38,554 nt of DNA from Hydrurus foetidus (lineage: Eukaryota). The DNA lies in assembly GCA_900617105.1 (NCBI GenBank), contig UYFQ01000627.1, positions 1 to 38,554 on the forward strand. Reading direction: 5' to 3'. This document shows, piece after piece, positions 19,899 to 31,829 of the stretch. Position numbers and translations under genes: made by a program. The stretch's first letter is position 1, and every line of letters begins with the position of its first letter. The notes beneath the pieces are model-generated. The model did not search any database. It was not told the origin of the DNA and was given only the letters and a program-made list of their open reading frames with translations.

Positions 19899-20481
19899 TC
19901 AGCAATTTGGTGAGTTGCGAACGTTAGAGCTAGTCTTATAATGTTTGTTAAACTCCCTTTGCATCCAATTCTTTGCTTTGGCGGTGTGACAGTAAGTCGT
20001 CTCTCCAATCTCGCGCGCATAGTGACCTATGTGACCTTCCTCACGTGTACTACGAGTAGGGAGCATTGAAATGAGAGAGTTAGTTTGGAATTGCATGCGG
20101 ACGCGATATCGGAAGATATGAATACTTCTTTTCTTACGTTGCATATGCTGCCCCTCCGGCGAAAAGGATCCCAACTATAGGACCCATTAGGAGGGTGCCG
20201 ACAAGCGCACCAGCTAAAGCAGCCCCCGCTCGGGTTTTATTGACCGACATGTTTACAATGGACTGGGTATCGTCAGCGCTTACATATCCAGTGGAGGTTT
20301 CGTCTGGAACTATAACCTCAATGAAGGAGCCTGGTAATGCATTCTCAGGGACAATCACCGTAAATACTCTTCCAGTGTCAGGCGTGACAATAAACGTGTC
20401 ACCAGCTATCAGCCCACGAGGAATTTGGAGCCTCATTGCTTGGCTGACGACTCGTGAAGCGGTCACAACGGGTATGTCCAT
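19899..20481 (-). CDS. Hypothetical 164-aa protein with a glycine-zipper-like hydrophobic hairpin, 2 exons
   Basis: Exons 20481-20138 and 20049-19899; the GTAAG...CTAAC...TAG intron (20137-20050) joins two ORFs in frame. Confidence 0.75.
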
Positions 20482-21969
20482 GATTCAGATGTGCGCAAGC
20501 TCGAAAATTACTGAAGTTGGGCAGGCTAGCTGAGAAAATCTTTGCCTTGGGCAGGTACTACAGAATTCATTGTTGAGGGTTGAGGGTTGAGGCATAAGAC
20601 ACTAATACCAAATAATATTCCTATCTGCTTTTCCGCTGTTCCCTGTTCTCTTTCTTTACACGGTCTCAATCCTGGAGGTCATTCTAGCGCGCTTACGGTT
20701 TCGTACGTGCGCACAATGATATGACGCATTTTCATATTGTCTTGAGCGTACGTACGCACTCCTACATTCGTGCGTACACTAAAAGACACGCGTACGTGCT
20801 TTACCTCAGACTGTCCGTACATACGTTCTTGCCCGGAGGCTTTGTCCGTACAACTGCAAACCTGTCCGTGCACTCCTCATAGAAGAAAGAAACCGCTCGT
20901 CACGTACGTACTTACGATTCGACACATGCCCAAATGTTTAGTTAATGTCGCATTACCCTAAGAGGGGTGCACTCGTGCGCCCGGGTGCCTTCCCCGAGAC
21001 TCAGACACCGCAGACCATCTCTTACCCGGCCAACCGGTAGGTCTGGGTCCTGATCTGGGTTAGCGATCACCTTCACCCATCCGGACGCACTAGTGGTCAG
21101 GTAAAACAAACAATTCAACACAAATGTGATATAAAATGATAGGCATGGCTGGCTACGGGGTGAAAAAACTCTTTTACTTATACAGGGTGTTGCAAACTAT
21201 ACTCAACAGTGTGGGTTCTAGTCTAGTTCTGCTTAGCATGTGGTTGCAAACAGTGCTGCAAACTGAATGATCTCCAGCAGTTGAGTTGTCATCAAGGTGC
21301 ACAGAACCGTGTAAAGTTGTGGGTACGTGTGCACTCAAAACTGAAACCGAACTCCCTTTCGTTTCCTATATCTGCTCTGCTCTGTGCTGTGGTCTTCTGT
21401 GCTGAGTCCTGGAATTCAGCTTGTAATTCCATAAGAAATCCAATTCTTCCTTCGAATTTATACGGGGAAAATAAAAAACGACCTCCGACCGTTCTGAGCC
21501 GACTTCAATCCAGAGAACCCAATCCGCGAGTGCACAGGTTCCCTGCGTCAATCAATTCTCTTTCTTTACACGGTCTCAATCCTGGAGGTCATTCTAGCGC
21601 GCTTACGGTTTCGTACGTGCGCACAATGATATGACGCATTTTCATATTGTCTTGAGCGTACGTACGCACTCCTACATTCGTGCGTACACTAAAAGACACG
21701 CGTACGTGCTTTACCTCAGACTGTCCGTACATACGTTCTTGCCCGGAGGCTTTGTCCGTACAACTGCAAACCTGTCCGTGCACTCCTCATAGAAGAAAGA
21801 AACCGCTCGTCACGTACGTACTTACGATTCGACACATGCCCAAATGTTTAGTTAATGTCGCATTACCCTAAGAGGGGTGCACTCGTGCGCCCGGGTGCCT
21901 TCCCCGAGACTCAGACACCGCAGACCATCTCTTACCCGGCCAACCGGTAGGTCTGGGTCCTGATCTGGG

Positions 21970-23121
21970 TTAGCGATCACCTTCACCCAACAGCCCAAGG
22001 TGAGCCCCGTCTTTGTTCTTCACTTGTGGTATGAACCGCCGTATGTCGTCGACATCAGGGCGGGCACCCCCGTTCAACATGTTTGATGATAGGGGCCCAT
22101 GGCCAGCCGAGGAGTAGTCATAAGTGTGTGCCATCACTCTGGAGCCAGAGGCGTAACCGCCTCTATCCCTCATGTCCTCTTCTGACGCTCCCAGCGCACG
22201 CATGTGTGTGGTGGCAGCCTTCCGTAGCGAGTGACTCGAAAAGTGCTCCGCTGGTAAATTCTCTATAACACAGGTTTCTTTAATCTGATCCCTGATCATC
22301 CTAGCGCTTAGCTCCTTCTTTGACCACTTCCCGCACCTCAGCTCTGTGTAACGTGAGAAGAGCCTGTCGACCTCTTTGACCTGTGAGTGCGTCACCCAGC
22401 TCACTAGGTCGTCGAGGAACTGACCCTCCTCCGGGGTCCTCCTCCCTATCAACTTCATCTTCATTGACGTTCCCGTCTTCTGAGTGACTGCCTTAACCCA
22501 ACACCCTATGATCGGCATCAAAGAGGGCATAGCCTGCCCTCCCTTCCTCCTCTCGCCACTTGCCATTTCAAAATCCAAATCCCCCGCACGCACGCTATGG
22601 TCCTCCCCACCCCTTTCTGGTGCCGTGTACTCACTCACCCTAGCGTCCATGTTATATGCCCACATCGATGCTAGATAGACCATCCTTTTGTCTATCCCAC
22701 TGCGATCCCAACTAACGCCCGCCCATAAGCGGAGTCTCATCCGGAATAGGATGCTCTCACAAAAGGGAAGCTTCACGGTCTCACTTTGACCGTTGCTCCT
22801 CTTCTCCCTCAGCTCTGTAGTGTTCAGTCTGCAGGCTGTCCTAGCAGCCGAAATGATTGGGGAGTCCAGGAAGCCTGAAGGGAGTAGGGCTGAGGTAAAA
22901 GCCAACCGTAGTCCAGCCGTAACTGACGTGGCGCTCTTACCACGTGCACCTTCATCGTACCGTGATTGCAGGTACCGTGCCACAGTAGAGGCTTTTTCAG
23001 TCTCCGACATATCCCTGAGATATGGATCCTTACCCCACTCAAGGCTATCAAGGTAGTTACACCATCCGTACCATTGACCGTCGTAGGCCCTTGCCGTTCC
23101 AGCAGTTACGGACTTCCTCAA
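21970..23121 (-). CDS. Tyrosine recombinase
   Basis: Intact 383-aa ORF with ARVSE, HSLRK and RGGY...MAHTYD catalytic motifs. Confidence 0.93.
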   Translation of the reverse strand: MRKSVTAGTARAYDGQWYGWCNYLDSLEWGKDPYLRDMSETEKASTVARYLQSRYDEGARGKSATSVTAGLRLAFTSALLPSGFLDSPIISAARTACRLNTTELREKRSNGQSETVKLPFCESILFRMRLRLWAGVSWDRSGIDKRMVYLASMWAYNMDARVSEYTAPERGGEDHSVRAGDLDFEMASGERRKGGQAMPSLMPIIGCWVKAVTQKTGTSMKMKLIGRRTPEEGQFLDDLVSWVTHSQVKEVDRLFSRYTELRCGKWSKKELSARMIRDQIKETCVIENLPAEHFSSHSLRKAATTHMRALGASEEDMRDRGGYASGSRVMAHTYDYSSAGHGPLSSNMLNGGARPDVDDIRRFIPQVKNKDGAHLGLLGEGDR

Positions 23122-23381
23122 AAAGGCTCCTAGTTCGGCCCTGTCCTTCTCCGTTAGCCCTAAGTGCCCTGTTAAATATACAGTATACAGGGGGAACGTA
23201 CGGGATTAGTGGGGTCTCCATGGACCGTGTCAAATAGCTACCCGAGCCCTGGAGGGCATTTAGTTAACATCGTTCAGTGCATGACATCCCTCTCCCTCCC
23301 CCTATCCCTCCCCCTATTTCCCTCTCCCTCCCCCTATTTTCCTCTCCCTCCCCATCTCTCTCTCCTTCTCCTCCACTGCAC

Positions 23382-25456
23382 TTACACAGTACCACCCACT
23401 CCCTCAAGGGCATCTCTAATGTCTTCCCAGAACATGACAAAATCAGCCTCTGCCTCAAAGTTGATTGACGGGTTACAGCTTGCAACAAGTCGTTGAACAT
23501 GCCGACAGCCCTGGAGATCGACCTCTCTACAGCCCTCCAAGCCGATCGACTTCATGACCTCCTTCATTGACTTCCCTGACTCCCAAAGCCGAGAGAGATC
23601 GTCGCACTTACTGTTATCGCATCCTGGTATGTGTACCGACTCCTTCACCACCAGCTCCTGCCTTATGCAGAGCATCGTAAACACCATGGATGCATTCGAG
23701 ACATTTGAACCCCTATATCTCTCAGTGCTCACCCACGTTAGGGCAGACACGCTGTCGCCTCTCATAGCGACATCCACACTCCTGATCCCAAGTATACTCA
23801 GACCGATCAGTCCGAGCGTCGCACCAATAAATTCGCAGAGATTCTGGTACGAGGAATCGTCCTCAAATCCCAAACTGCTAAGGCTTACGGCGCTGCCACC
23901 CAAACAAACCTCAGCACCGTCGATTCTCTTATACCACAGTATTCCGACCCCCTGCAAGGAGGCGTCGAACTCCACAATGTACTCCGGAGTTGAATTCACG
24001 AAGGACTGCATTGGTCTGCTATACCGCTCTTCGTCGAAGCGGACGAGCACTAGCATAGCACGCCATAGCCGGATGGCCATCTTTGCCTCATGGCTCACCG
24101 CGAATGTTGACATCCTGGCTACTCTCCCTGCCGACATCCTGTGGAGTGCGGCACTGAACGGCCGCATAGCTCGGCATATGGACCCGTAACGGCTTCCCCA
24201 GGATGCCAACCTCTGAGCGACGCGAAGCGAGATTGAATGCTCCAGATCTACAGAAAGGAAACCGTAAAGGGTGTTCAAAAAATTCTTCTTAGAGATGGAT
24301 ACTCTCATCCGGTCTAGGTCGACAGTAAACCCGATGATATCAAGCCGTCTACCCGACTCAGTCTTGTCATCAGCTACCGCTGACGACCCGAGTAACGCGG
24401 TGCAGACCTCTCTTGCACGCGCGAGATCCTTAACCATGTCTGCCTCGAAGCATACTCCGATGATATCGTCGACATACATCTCCACTGAGCTCTTGAGGGT
24501 ATGGGATAGCTCCCATTTGATGGCCCGAGTCACTGTTTGGAACGCCGCAGGCGTGCACGCCCATCCAAATATCCCCGCTATCTGTAGGTACACCAGGTCA
24601 CCTGTGACTTCCATGCCAAACAGTCCTGCATCCTCTGGGCGAAACGATAGCAGCGTGTATGCACCCTTAAGGTCCATTTTCCACAGGCGGAGACTGTCCT
24701 ACTACACGGCTGGATCGCAGCGGACAGCTCTTTCCCAGAACGAAATCATCATGTGGACTATCTCTGATACAGTCGGATGCATGATGACATCATACAGCTC
24801 CGCTGCTGCTGCCGTCGTCCCCTCGCTATTCAAAGGGGTCCCAGTTACATAGGTAAGGTCCCCAATAGGTCGTCCACTGGGCTTGCCCTTCTTGGGTGTC
24901 CAATGCGCGGCACCTAAGTGCAAGTTTGGAATGTATCGTATCGCAACGTCCTTCGGCAGAAGAAACGCAAGCTTCTGCTCCTCTACTCCTCCAAGCATCT
25001 TGTTCACAGCCGAGTCCACCTAAGCGCTGCTGGCGGTAGTGCTCCATTGGGTTGAAAACCGGGTGGGAGAGGCACTCGCATTCCTATCGCCAGGTCACAG
25101 AGCAGAGCCCTCTCTGGGTTGTCCGACCGAAGTCCTTCCACTCTCTCAGAGCTGAGCCTGTCTCGAGACAAGACCTTCAAACGGCGCCGCACCATTGCTA
25201 CGAAGTCGAGCTGTGCGGCTTGGAAACACTTCATGTCGCTCTGAAGCATGTCTGCTGGGAATGTGTACCCATCCGCCCAAGCTACTGCTGCCTCGATCCC
25301 GTACTTGTCATCCGACGCCATTATAGCTTCTGTCACCACCGCTTTGAGGAAGGTACGCGACAGTCGATTTCTTGGTGCGAAGTAGGTGTCTGCCATCGCC
25401 ATGATTTCGTAGATCAATCCACTGGACACGACTGGCAGTGTCGCATGTGTCCCCAC
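23382..25456 (-). pseudogene. DIRS/Ngaro-type reverse transcriptase-RNase H, disrupted
   Basis: Motifs KMDLKGAY, FGW, YVDD, FDAS, RGDS and HIPG..N..CDDLSR. Frameshift near 25020 and tandem TAG TAG at 24704-24699. Confidence 0.92.
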
Positions 25457-25495
25457 CTCGCTCCCTTCCTTCTGTCTCTCACACTCTATAGGCAG

Positions 25496-27226
25496 TCATA
25501 CACGGGTCTTGCCGCTTTTGACTTTGCCAAGTGCATCCAACGACGGCTGACGGAATCTGTACGCCAGGTTGGCCGCAGTAGCGGATTTCTTCGCTTCGGT
25601 CCAGCCGGTGATATCATCATGCTGGTACCTACACGCATCGCCATACTGACAGGCGAATATGCGCGATGTCTTTGGGTCTTGCGCCTTGAGCTGTCCCGCA
25701 AAGTTTTCACCGCACTGCGGCTTCGGCACCACTGTCACCGCCGCCTTCTCTTTCTTATCTTTCTTCAAGGGCGTCGCCACTCCCTTGGCAGTGGCTCCAA
25801 TCCGACCTCTATAGTCATGCAGTTGATACCTGGACATGGCCTCGTTCAGCTTCTCCTGTGTGTCCACCGTGCTGATGAAGTCCTTGAGCATCGTGGTGAG
25901 GTGAGCGGCACATTTGGTTGGAGAGCTGATGTCTCTCACCAATGTATTCGCCTCTGTTGTGGCCATTCGCAGTGCTCTGAAGTACCTCGAGAGTACGACC
26001 TCCAGCGAGTGTAGGAGAAATGCGGACGATGCAAGTTCCATTGGTCGCTCCAGACCCTCCAGCTTATCGATGAAGAACACGGTTGTCCCGTTAAAAGCAG
26101 GGCCGTAGAAGACCTCGAGCACAAGCTCCATGTTCTTCAGTGCATGCACTAGCGCTCTGTTTTGCTGGGGACACGGTGTTGCCTCGATGGGAATCTTGAC
26201 AGATCTTCCTGCGAACTTCTGCAGGTCCAGTGCATCCTCCGAGGGACCTCCAAACTCCCCAGTTAAGAGCTTCTTGAGAAGCAGTTTGTCCTCCGAGAAA
26301 TTCAGGTTCCAAATCCGATCAAGAAGACCGCAGGTCTCGAAACCGTCATCTCGTTCGCTATGTCTGAATGTACATTGCTCAATGATCACCCGAGCGTATT
26401 CCTCCACTTGGAGAACGCACTCAGTTCCCATTATATGGGGCCATCTCTCCTTGGCACACACCCTGAACACCACACCCAGCTCCTTCTCTCTCCCCGCAAG
26501 ATTCTTCTTCAACCTCGTTGCGTGCAAACCACCCTCCAAATCCACTATCATTACCGTACTATCCTTTTTCTCACCTTGGCCCTGCACTCCCCTACTGTCC
26601 TGCAGGCTGCACCGCATACGCTTCTCCGGGCTTTCATCTGCCCCAGTGTCCTCAGCTTCTGGGGTATTGTCTGCGAGACTCCTCTCCTTCGAAGCCCACA
26701 TTGCCGCTTTCTGCACTGCTACTCTCTCCAAGTCCTCCTCAGCTGACAGAAAAGCTGCCGGTGTCGCGAAGACCACCCGCGCTCCAATCATCAACGCACC
26801 TTCTGGCTGCAGCCCGTTCCCGGTCAGTCCAATCAGCATCGCGTGGGTCGTCGCGCTTGACGGTTTACCCTGCAACTGCCACAGCTGTACCGCAGAGTTG
26901 TCGAGAAACTTCATCGTGAGTTCGACTCCTTCCCCTGGCGGTACGGCAGGTAATAGGAAGAAAGACTTCTTTCCCATCTCTTGCCACTCGCGCATACTCG
27001 AGTTGAAACTGAGTCGAAGAGGACCCTCCCCTTCGTACTCCACTCCTTCGGAGAAAGCCGCTAAAGCTTTCAAGGAAACGACGGATGTAGCTGGGAGTTC
27101 CCCGTACACAGGCATTAACCCGCTGTCCACATTGTTTCGATGTTGCGAGCTCGCCAGACTTGCAAGCAAGCTGAGAGCCGTCGCAGCACCGCCTAGCTCG
27201 GATTGTATCAAAGAAAGAGGGTTCAT
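25496..27226 (-). CDS. Gag-like ORF1 of the YR retrotransposon, with a C-terminal CCCH-like finger
   Basis: 576-aa ORF directly after repeat A1; C...CQYGDACRYQH near the C-terminus. Confidence 0.8.
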   Translation of the reverse strand: MNPLSLIQSELGGAATALSLLASLASSQHRNNVDSGLMPVYGELPATSVVSLKALAAFSEGVEYEGEGPLRLSFNSSMREWQEMGKKSFFLLPAVPPGEGVELTMKFLDNSAVQLWQLQGKPSSATTHAMLIGLTGNGLQPEGALMIGARVVFATPAAFLSAEEDLERVAVQKAAMWASKERSLADNTPEAEDTGADESPEKRMRCSLQDSRGVQGQGEKKDSTVMIVDLEGGLHATRLKKNLAGREKELGVVFRVCAKERWPHIMGTECVLQVEEYARVIIEQCTFRHSERDDGFETCGLLDRIWNLNFSEDKLLLKKLLTGEFGGPSEDALDLQKFAGRSVKIPIEATPCPQQNRALVHALKNMELVLEVFYGPAFNGTTVFFIDKLEGLERPMELASSAFLLHSLEVVLSRYFRALRMATTEANTLVRDISSPTKCAAHLTTMLKDFISTVDTQEKLNEAMSRYQLHDYRGRIGATAKGVATPLKKDKKEKAAVTVVPKPQCGENFAGQLKAQDPKTSRIFACQYGDACRYQHDDITGWTEAKKSATAANLAYRFRQPSLDALGKVKSGKTRV

Positions 27227-27944
27227 GTCACTTGAAAAAACTCTTTTACTTATACAGGGTGTTGCAAACTATACTCAACAGTGTGGGTTCTAGTCTAGTT
27301 CTGCTTAGCATGTGGTTGCAAACAGTGCTGCAAACTGAATGATCTCCAGCAGTTGAGTTGTCATCAAGGTGCACAGAACCGTGTAAAGTTGTGGGTACGT
27401 GTGCACTCAAAACTGAAACCGAACTCCCTTTCGTTTCCTATATCTGCTCTGCTCTGTGCTGTGGTCTTCTGTGCTGAGTCCTGGAATTCAGCTTGTAATT
27501 CCATAAGAAATCCACTTCTTCCTTCGAATTTATACGGGGAAAATAAAAAACCGACCTCCGACCGTTCTGAGCCGACTTCAATCCAGAGAACCCAATCCGC
27601 GAGTGCACAGGTTCCCTGCGTCAATCAATTCCCCCCTCTCGTCTTTTCTCGCGCGCTGCAAGCTCGACCTGCAAAAAGGAAAAAGGGGGTCCTGACCGTC
27701 CGGCGCACGGTACATCGTATCCAGTACGGTGCGGTAGATCCAGCAGATTAGATCTCGATCATGTCAACAATGCCACCATTGCCACTCCTGGCAAACTTGA
27801 CAGTTACAAGCAGTTACTCTCAAAAGATGAGGTTCGACTCGACAAAGGGTCAATAATGCAAATATGCAAGCCTAATAGAGAAGCGAATTTGCTCGGAAGG
27901 AAATTTGACAGCTGATCAATTTGTTGCACATGCTGGATTGAGAA

Positions 27945-29543
27945 ATGTCGTCCAGTCAAAAAGTCACTCCACAATCTGAGCATGATCGCCTCATCGATAC
28001 GAAAGATACCACCGAAAAATCGACCTCGAGCTATGCCACCGATGTGAAGCAGGATGACGACTTAGATGTGAAGGAGGACACAGGATCTACCCTAATCATC
28101 GCATTTTTCTTGATGTTAATTTTCCAGCTCGGAAATCGAATTTTTGGTCGTTTAACGACCTATCCAATGCACAACTATCCAATATTCATGAACATAGTCT
28201 CATGCGCCGTGTACATTCCAATATGCTTTGCGTATATCCTACCAATGATTGCATACACGAATTCAATTTCCAAAGAGCAGCAAGAAATCCCTAAATACAA
28301 GTTTGCCATCATGGGAGCCTACGACTCGCTGGCTGGAATCATGCAAACTTTCGCAATCAACTATATCACAAACTCTGGCACAATAGTTCTAGTGCAGCAA
28401 AGCGCGATCCCGATCTCTATGTTGATTTCGAAAATCGCGTTGCAGGCCCAGTATACATTTTCGCAATACCTTGGAGCCACTGTGGTCTTATTCGGCATTG
28501 CTGTTGTGCTGATACCCAACTTTCTAACCCATGCAGCAACTGGAGATTCGACGGGTGCTGAGGGTGGCAACTATGAACTGCTGTGGATATTCGTTCTTGT
28601 GGTGAGTTGTGTGCCGATGTGTCTCTCGAGTGTATATAAAGAGAAAGCCCTCGGAGAAATGGAAATTGATGTGGTTTACCTAAACGGATGGGTTGCTGTC
28701 TATCAATTTCTCTTCGCCTTGCCTCTGTGTATTCCATCCTCAGCTGTGATCAACATGGCAGTCAGCGAGATCATACCGAACATGTACGGAGGAGCTCTCT
28801 GCTGGTTTGGAGTGAACACCATAGCTCACGGGAACCTGAGTGGCTTACCAGCAGATGACTGCTCTGATGCACCATTATTCGTGACATCCTATCTCTGCTT
28901 CAACATTGTCTTCAATATATTAATCGTCGTGATTCTGAAGCACGGGTCTGCGAACATCATGTGGATGGCTTCGACAGTTATTGTGCCTCTGTCCAATGTA
29001 GCGTTTTCGTTGAAAATTATGCCGGGGCACAAGCCGCTGAACTCATTCGATATAGTAGGTCTTTTCGTTATTATGTTTGGGTTGGTGCTGTATCGTTTCA
29101 TGGGCCAAATTATGGCCTCAATTCAAAAACTGTCTGGGAAGCAACGAAAAGAAGATGCAGATGAGGAGAGGAAGGTGCGACAAATCGGAATAAGGGCGGA
29201 GAGAAAGCAGACTAAGTATGTGGGTCTGAATCAAATGGAGTCGCTGCAGTCGCTCATTGACAGCAGAGTGTGGCGTGCACAGCGTCAGGCCCTGTTCCGC
29301 ACACCTCAGCAGATAAGGGGCACCCTACTGATGCGACTCGGCATCCCTCCCTCTCCCCACGTGTCCATCCCTCTGGGCATCTCCAACGCGACAAAGAAGC
29401 AGCAGCAGTACATGAAGTCCCCCATACCCATTCGGTCCCCTGCCCTCACGTCCAACACACGGGCCATTCCATCCTCAGCCAACCACAGCCCCGCCTACGG
29501 AAAAGATAATGTGAAGATAAAGAAAATCCCCGCAGAAGTCTAG
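27945..29543 (+). CDS. CRT-like (chloroquine resistance transporter family) membrane transporter
   Basis: 532 aa with about 10 hydrophobic segments; motifs PMHNYPIF, LVQQSAIPISM, SCVPMCLSSVYKE and LNGWVAVYQ. Confidence 0.9.
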   Translation: MSSSQKVTPQSEHDRLIDTKDTTEKSTSSYATDVKQDDDLDVKEDTGSTLIIAFFLMLIFQLGNRIFGRLTTYPMHNYPIFMNIVSCAVYIPICFAYILPMIAYTNSISKEQQEIPKYKFAIMGAYDSLAGIMQTFAINYITNSGTIVLVQQSAIPISMLISKIALQAQYTFSQYLGATVVLFGIAVVLIPNFLTHAATGDSTGAEGGNYELLWIFVLVVSCVPMCLSSVYKEKALGEMEIDVVYLNGWVAVYQFLFALPLCIPSSAVINMAVSEIIPNMYGGALCWFGVNTIAHGNLSGLPADDCSDAPLFVTSYLCFNIVFNILIVVILKHGSANIMWMASTVIVPLSNVAFSLKIMPGHKPLNSFDIVGLFVIMFGLVLYRFMGQIMASIQKLSGKQRKEDADEERKVRQIGIRAERKQTKYVGLNQMESLQSLIDSRVWRAQRQALFRTPQQIRGTLLMRLGIPPSPHVSIPLGISNATKKQQQYMKSPIPIRSPALTSNTRAIPSSANHSPAYGKDNVKIKKIPAEV

Positions 29544-30421
29544 TGCAGACGACAGTGTGCTGCACGATTGCAGTGCTTATCCAATCAGCACTGACCTCAA
29601 AGTCGAGATCGATCTCTGATCACTGGGCGACACTGCAGGTCTCGTCCTCGGATGGTACAGAGGAGAACGCGAAAGAGCTTAAGAGCAGAGCAGGAGCAGA
29701 AGCAGGGGGAGGTTTCTCAAGTCAACGAGACCTGGCAAGCACAATCGCTCTTCACTCCGCTTCACTACCTCCCTCAAATCTTACATTACAAACCCCAAAA
29801 CTGCCAATAGTTTCAGGACTATGCAATCTCATTATTTTAGGATACTGGACAGCCATCTCGATGCTTCCCCTCCCCTCCTCTATTTAATTAAATTATTCAT
29901 CACTTGGTTTAGACTTCTCTTAACGGCTTCAAATCGCACAGCGGGGCTCTTTCACTTCTTAAACATGCACTCGAGGTCCACTCTGAGATCGACACTTCAT
30001 GCAACTAACTGCAGTGACAGAAGGCCATCACTGTCTACTTTCTAAACTAACAATTACCATCACCTTCCTTGGAAAATGGAATCAAGGGTGCACTACTGCA
30101 CGATGACGACTAAATTGTAATGATCAGAGACACTGCATAAGTAACTCAGGCAATAACATCGTCATATTTCTTGAATTTCGTAGTCGGGGTTAATTAAGTC
30201 ACATAATACACTGGACCAATCATATTAAAACAAATGAGCACGACCAGGATCATTCCATTTCAAGATTATACAGTCGAATAAGTTCATTAATTGCAAAGCA
30301 TGAATTCAGTTTTTCACATTTCTAAAACTAAATAACTGATAAAGTCCTGTTAAACTTGGGATCGCAGCACCAGCTGACACCCCGAACGTTAAAATTCAGT
30401 TGGTATTGGTATACTTTGAAC

Positions 30422-30449
30422 CAAGGGGGTATTAAAATGAGAGGGGGCA
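30422..30449 (+). repeat. Third copy of the 28-bp TIR motif; left end of a related element
   Basis: CAAGGGGGTATTAAAATGAGAGGGGGCA followed by CTTT...TTTTCTCAC...CTCACTCAA...ATACCC, as at 11021-11083. Confidence 0.7.
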
Positions 30450-30525
30450 CTTTGACGTCCCCGGCTCCGGTAAAATTTTCTCACACGCCTCTCACTCAAA
30501 AATAATTTTTTCAGAATACCCTGAT

Positions 30526-31147
30526 TTGGATGTTGCATCTAATTTTCGTCTTCGTTTTATGTTTCGGTTTCGGTTTCGATTTCGATTTCGATCCAATGCA
30601 GCAGCTGATGGCAACTCAAGCTTTGGTAGCCTCACAATTCTACTTCAGCTGCTGCTCCTAACGATGAGGAACCTGACGATGACTGTTTTCTCAGAAGTCG
30701 ACGGAATTCTTCGATCAATGATTCAAAATCTCTTTGATTGCACACCATTTTATTATCAACGAAGAAGCATCTTCCTGTCGTTTTTCAAAACTTGCATGCC
30801 TGATCCTGAATCTAGCACATATATAATCAAGCTTTTGTTCGATTTGAGTACAGCTTATCTTGGATTATTCGACAAACTAGTTAGCAGTACATCAGGCTCT
30901 ATTGAGAAACGTCAGCGAGCTGGGAAAATCATGATTCAAGCTTATGAGTCTGAAAGGATACTCCTACGGGACGAGTTCAGAGTTAGATTTGCATCTCTTG
31001 CTTGCATGCGGGACAACTTCGATTTTCAAGTCGATATCACTGACGAATCTTCTGAAGAGAGAAACGTTCTATTCGGATTCTTGGAGCTAAATCTATCGGA
31101 AAACTTTTGGAGATGGATACAGCTCGAGAAAAAGCAACATTGGCCTG
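30526..31147 (+). pseudogene. ORF of unknown function interrupted by the Copia LTR
   Basis: Open frame of about 200 codons that runs into the LTR at 31148; no recognisable motif. Confidence 0.35.
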
Positions 31148-31829
31148 TGTCATATGGGTTGCATTACCTGATGTCGCTGACACTCTGGTAGATCGTCTGC
31201 TGCAGGCAGAGCTCTCAGTCAAATAAAGAATATTGTCCGGCGACAATTCTGTAGACTATGCTTGATTAGATTACTGACAGGCAAAAGGAAACAACAAAGC
31301 TATTCTGCAAGAATTCACGTGGATAACCTAGCAGTTGAGAAGATCATGAAATGATGTCATTTCTCACTGCGGAGACCAACGGAGGGTATCGGATTGCCGG
31401 TTGGGTGTTGGATTTCAAAATAATTATTTTTGAATTGTGGGATCCTGGACCTATCTGAAATCATACTTCAATGTATCTTTTTACGTAACGGCTACTATAC
31501 GTACATACTATATCCGTATACTATATCAATGAATTACAATCGCATGACACTCCCCGTAGTTAGGATATGGTATATGCTACACTAAATTATCGAAAAATAG
31601 AGTTAATTGTGAAAATTCTGATATATAAATAAATTAGATGCTAAATAAGATATTTGATGATAAAAAAATAAATTAGATGCTAAATAATTTTATTAGATGG
31701 AAAATAATTATTTTTGATGCTAAATAATATTTTATAAGAATAATTTTATAATATTGATATTTGATAATGCGTCCATTTTAAATATTATTATATAATTATT
31801 AAAATTTATTATTATATTTAATATATTAA

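Larger units (their letters stand above)
20646..27631 (-). mobile_element. Ngaro-like tyrosine-recombinase retrotransposon with split direct repeats
   Basis: Sense order: A1 (27631-27233), gag, RT/RNase H, YR, B1 (21989-21556), A2 (21558-21161), 81-bp spacer, B2 (21079-20646). No room for a methyltransferase domain. Confidence 0.93.

Noticed and set aside
20572..20592. (GTTGAGG)3 as a telomere remnant
   Set aside because: A short heptamer microsatellite that differs from the TTAGGG repeat.
20679..21871. Duplicated small genes (63-117 aa)
   Set aside because: Incidental ORFs within the split direct repeats of the YR retrotransposon.
25052..27293. Long plus-strand ORFs (320 aa and 387 aa)
   Set aside because: Antisense shadows of the gag and RT ORFs with no recognisable motifs.
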